A stretch of 64,000 bases of DNA from Podarcis cretensis (lineage: Eukaryota). Within the stretch, counting starts at the first letter, position 1; every line of letters starts with the position of its first letter. The notes beneath the pieces are model-generated. The model was not told where the DNA came from, made no database searches, and saw nothing but the letters and a program-made list of their open reading frames with translations. Position numbers and translations under genes: made by a program. This document shows positions 60,323-64,000 of the stretch, in pieces. The stretch covers positions 18,166,001-18,230,000 of the forward strand of contig OX638160.1 in the NCBI GenBank assembly GCA_951804945.1, in the 5' to 3' direction.

Positions 60323-60640
60323 ACATCACCAGTGCCACGTCATGAGCGTCAACGAAAAGAAATGAAAAGCCTATAGATATTCCAAGCTCATGTCATTATG
60401 ACATTTCTTAAAACTTTACTAAACGAGAATGAGTAAAGTATTGCTGAAATGTGGAAATTTTGGTTGGATACCATGCTTCCCCCCTTCCACCCCCTCCATG
60501 CCCCCCACGTTTGCAGTTGATGTTTTTTAATGTATCTTAAAAGACAAAGTTAAAACAGACTAAATATTGTAATATGGCAGATAACATAATAATTGTATCT
60601 ACATTAAAATGTAAAAAGAACATGATACTGCTGCTTGTCA

Positions 60641-60691
60641 AATAAATAAAGAAATGGAATATGTTGTGGTGATTTGATTTTAATTAATAAA
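60641..60691 (+). terminator. CUL2: CUL2 polyadenylation signals
   Basis: AATAAATAAA at 60641-60650 followed by GT-rich TGTTGTGGTG; further AATAAA at 60686-60691; ATTAAA at 60603. Confidence 0.7.
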
Positions 60692-62532
60692 TCAACTTTG
60701 AAGGACATCTAAATTACTGTTCTATCTGCACTTCCATCGATGGGTTCTGCAGCTGTGCAGAGCTACCTGCAGGTAGCTGTGTGTTTCTTATTTGGAAGCA
60801 AAGGCCCACTAAGCTCAGTGGGGTTTATCTCACGTCATTGAGATTGTGGTCTAGTTAGTTTTATTATGTTAAGGCAGTTGTTCATATTCCAAGTTATGCT
60901 GTCCAGCATTGAAGTGCAAGTCTGGAAATGGGGATTCTGATCATCTGCAATATGATTAGGGCTCTTTGTGTCAATTATCTAGTATTAAAAGAATTGGTGT
61001 GTGTGTGAGTACAGAACCATGTGACTAATGTGTGTAAACCAGTTATAGGGAGCCAGGAAACAGTTCTTTGTTTGTGGCTGCACTTTTTCTAGCAAATGGC
61101 ACAATGGGAAATGATTAACCTTTGAACTTACATTAGGATTGCAAACAGATGCATTTGCGTTTTGTCAAACATGTCCCTAAGGATGTTTTAGCAAATATTT
61201 CCTTCAGTATGTCATCTCTTTTGACTCTCCTAAACATAACCGAAATACCTATTCTAAACATTGACCCATCCAGGAATCCTTAAAAGCCTCCTTTTGATCT
61301 TTTCCATTATTGTTCCACTTTTGGTTTATTGATGAGCCATTCAGAGACCATTAAACTTTGAGCAGGATTTGCCACCATCCTGCCTAAGTTGCAGTGGCAT
61401 AGATTGTCTCCAGGACAACTTCACCCACAGTGCCTCACTCTTGAAGGACTCCTTACTCAGAATGAATTGTGCTGGGACCAGAAAGCCCTGTTGGAGGACC
61501 ACCGCCTGTTTTTCTCACAGCAACCGCACACCATTTCTATCAGGCTCACAGTGCTCCATTCCTTTGCTCAGATTAGCAGCAGCTGCCGCAGGTGGGTGAT
61601 CCATGGTACACCAGCAGCAGGTTTCAAGAAATAGTCTTGTGTAGAACATGGCAAAAGATGGGCACAATATTTCTTTCAAGACACATTCCTGAGTGTGTTT
61701 TTTTCCTTAACATTTTAAAAGTGACCATAGCAGTATAATAATTTTTAAACTTTTTTCCCACTCAGTGGTGGGGTGGGACAAAGCTACTGGAGCCGCATAT
61801 AGCAGCTAAGAACTTGCATCACTGTCTGCTAGCAAATTGCAAGTATCCTTGCTAGGATAAATGAGCCTGCTCCATCCTAGTGCCCTCTAGATATTTTGGA
61901 CTACAGCTTCAATAATCCCTGACCATTGGCTAGATATAAAGATGCCATGAATTCTTTGGATTGGCTCAGAGTACAAAATACCATCTTGATGAATTTTAAT
62001 CTGCTAGAAACTTGTTAAGTCTTGCTGTGAAAAGTGTAGTGGAATTTAAATAGCACTAATGCCCTGGGGAAATGAGTCCACAAGGGCAAGCAGCAACAGC
62101 AGTTACATCAACCAGCTATTAAGGTTTTGGGAAAGAATAATATAAAGTCCAAGAAGGACCCGGAAGGAGATGGGCTCTTTTATTCATGAGATTTTTAGAA
62201 CAATATTTGAGCACATGACATATTTAATTGTTGACATGGACTCTGGCTTAGCTACCTGACTGCCGGGTAAAGGGAAGGAAGGGGAGCTTGAGGCTGGGTA
62301 TGAAGAAGAAAGGGGAGAGGTTTTAATTCTATACTGTGTTCTTGCAAATTCAACTACTTGTGGTCTAGTTGCTACCCCTAAAAATGTTTGGACGCTTAGG
62401 AGGTTGATATTATTGGCTTTCCCCTAATTAAATAGCATTTTTGCAAACCACGCAGCCTCCTACTCTGCAGTAGCACAAGGAAGCGTAATGCACTTGCTGC
62501 ATGCTGCTGCTGTGATTTTTGCTCATTTTAGT

Positions 62533-62774
62533 AGAAGAAGAAGAGTTTGGATTTGATATCCCGCCTTTCACTCCCTTTAAGGAGTCTCAAAGCGGCTAAC
62601 ATTCTCCTTTCCCTTCCTCCCCCAAAACAAACACTCTGTGAGGTGAGTGGGGCTGAGAGACTTAAAAGAAGTGTGACTGGCCCAAGGTCACCCAGCAGCT
62701 GCATGTGGAGGAGCGGAGACGCGAACCCTGTTCCCCAGATTACGAGACTACACCACTACACCACACTGGCTCTC
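62533..62774 (-). mobile_element. Squam3-like (MIR/Ther1-derived) SINE
   Basis: Minus strand begins GAGAGCCAGTGTGGTGTAGTGG, has a CORE-like CTGGGTGACCTTGGGCCAGTCAC and a (TTC)n tail; family name from recall. Confidence 0.8.
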
Positions 62775-64000
62775 ATACAGTTTGGTAGAATGGTCATTCC
62801 CCTTTCTCTCCTGTTTACTGCTGGTTGGATTTCAGCATCCTTTCCTTGCCCTTCTTATATGGCGTCTGACTGAAAGATATCATAGTAAGAAATGCATATC
62901 TTCCTTCATGTTCCTATCCCTGAGCAGATGTCAGGTTCTGCTTGGTGGTTTTACTAGAATATTATGATTGACAGGCTTCTGCGCTCTGGAACAAGGACCA
63001 AGGTACTTCTGAGCAGATGTTCAGCCCAGGAGCATATTTTTACAACCCAAACTGACCTGAAGATCCTGTCATACACAATTCCACTCCCCAAGCTTTATTT
63101 GGAAGGCATTTTGGTTGCTATTGTGAAACCACTTGGGGGGGGGTGTCAAACACTTTCTGATCTACTGCAAATCACCTTGAGATCTACCAGTAGATCCCAA
63201 ACTACTTTCTGGCCCAGACCAACCCACCTGGCAGGGTGACACCACTGTCTCAGGTGGCGGAAGCCCCGAGACAGCACCGTCACAGGCACCCTGCCACCTC
63301 CGCCACTGGGGGAGAAGCAGAACTGACATCAGCGCTGATTTCCAGTGAGATCTCAACAGAAATTGGTGCCAATGTCTGTACCACTTCACCACTGGCAGAG
63401 GCAGCCAGGCAGGGAGACACTTCCCATTTTGCCTCAAGCTGTGAAATGGGACACAGTGCCCTTGTTTGTCCACCCCTGCTCTAACTTGCTTACTTGCTGT
63501 GCAACACCACTGCTGGAGCACTACCTCTGCCTCCTGTTTTAAAAGCATGACTGCCCCTCTGCTTTGCTACCTCTCTGCCTTTTCTGAGAGGTCAAGGTTT
63601 AAGGGAGCATTGAAGCCAAGTATAAAATGTTTGGGGTGGTGTGCATACTTCTTCTCATTGTGGTGGAAGGGCCAGAGTGAATCCATTGTACTGTGGAATG
63701 TACACCTGCTTATAAAAAGCAGTTCTATGGCGGCTGCATTCCTCTCTAGTCAGATCTCCTGAGAGCCTGTGAACTTGTGACTTTTGAAAGAAAAGTGGAT
63801 GGAACGGGAGCAGTTAGCAAGCTAGATAGCTCGCCCTTTCCAGAGTATAAAGTGATGTCAATTTGTCTAATTCAGTGGTATTTTATTTATATATTGTACT
63901 CTTCCAAAACCTCCTTGGCACTTTAATAACCCAAATTCTCTGGTGCTTTCTTTTGCTAGAGCATGTTTTTATTTTTCATCAGGCTGGTTGGAAAACAGCA

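Noticed and set aside
62964-63762. Overlapping ORFs downstream of CUL2
   Set aside because: No recognisable protein similarity or consistent splice signals

Overview
Vertebrate genomic DNA, almost certainly from a squamate and probably a lacertid-like lizard. The taxon call rests on ten Sauria SINEs plus Squam-type SINEs, BovB, CR1, L2, Penelope and hAT/Tc1 MITEs. The window holds the complete CUL2 (cullin-2) gene on the + strand: a CpG-island promoter at ~15.1-16.1 kb, a putative non-coding exon 1, and 20 coding exons from 20535 to 60183. The coding exons sum to 2238 nt (745 aa plus stop) with consistent phases. The divergently transcribed 5' end of CREM lies on the - strand, with a CpG island at ~9.0-9.95 kb and a 44-nt coding exon (MSKCGKKQHARINIR) at 4675-4718. 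This matches the head-to-head CUL2/CREM arrangement I recall from mammals. I found no prokaryote-type system and no clearly new gene; nearly all long ORFs in the track are TE or CpG-island artefacts. The best leads are: (1) a Penelope-like inverted repeat whose two arms differ only by a 3-nt deletion that breaks the hammerhead-like core in the CREM-sense copy; (2) a (TG)10 tract acting as the acceptor of the in-frame exon that carries the CUL2 neddylation lysine; (3) three non-standard CUL2 splice junctions (U12 GT-AG, GAG acceptor, GC donor); (4) a CRE-like plus X-box-like module upstream of the CREM exon; (5) a candidate poison exon; (6) inverted young SINE pairs and several nested TE insertions. 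All homology calls come from recall and manual reading, not database searches.
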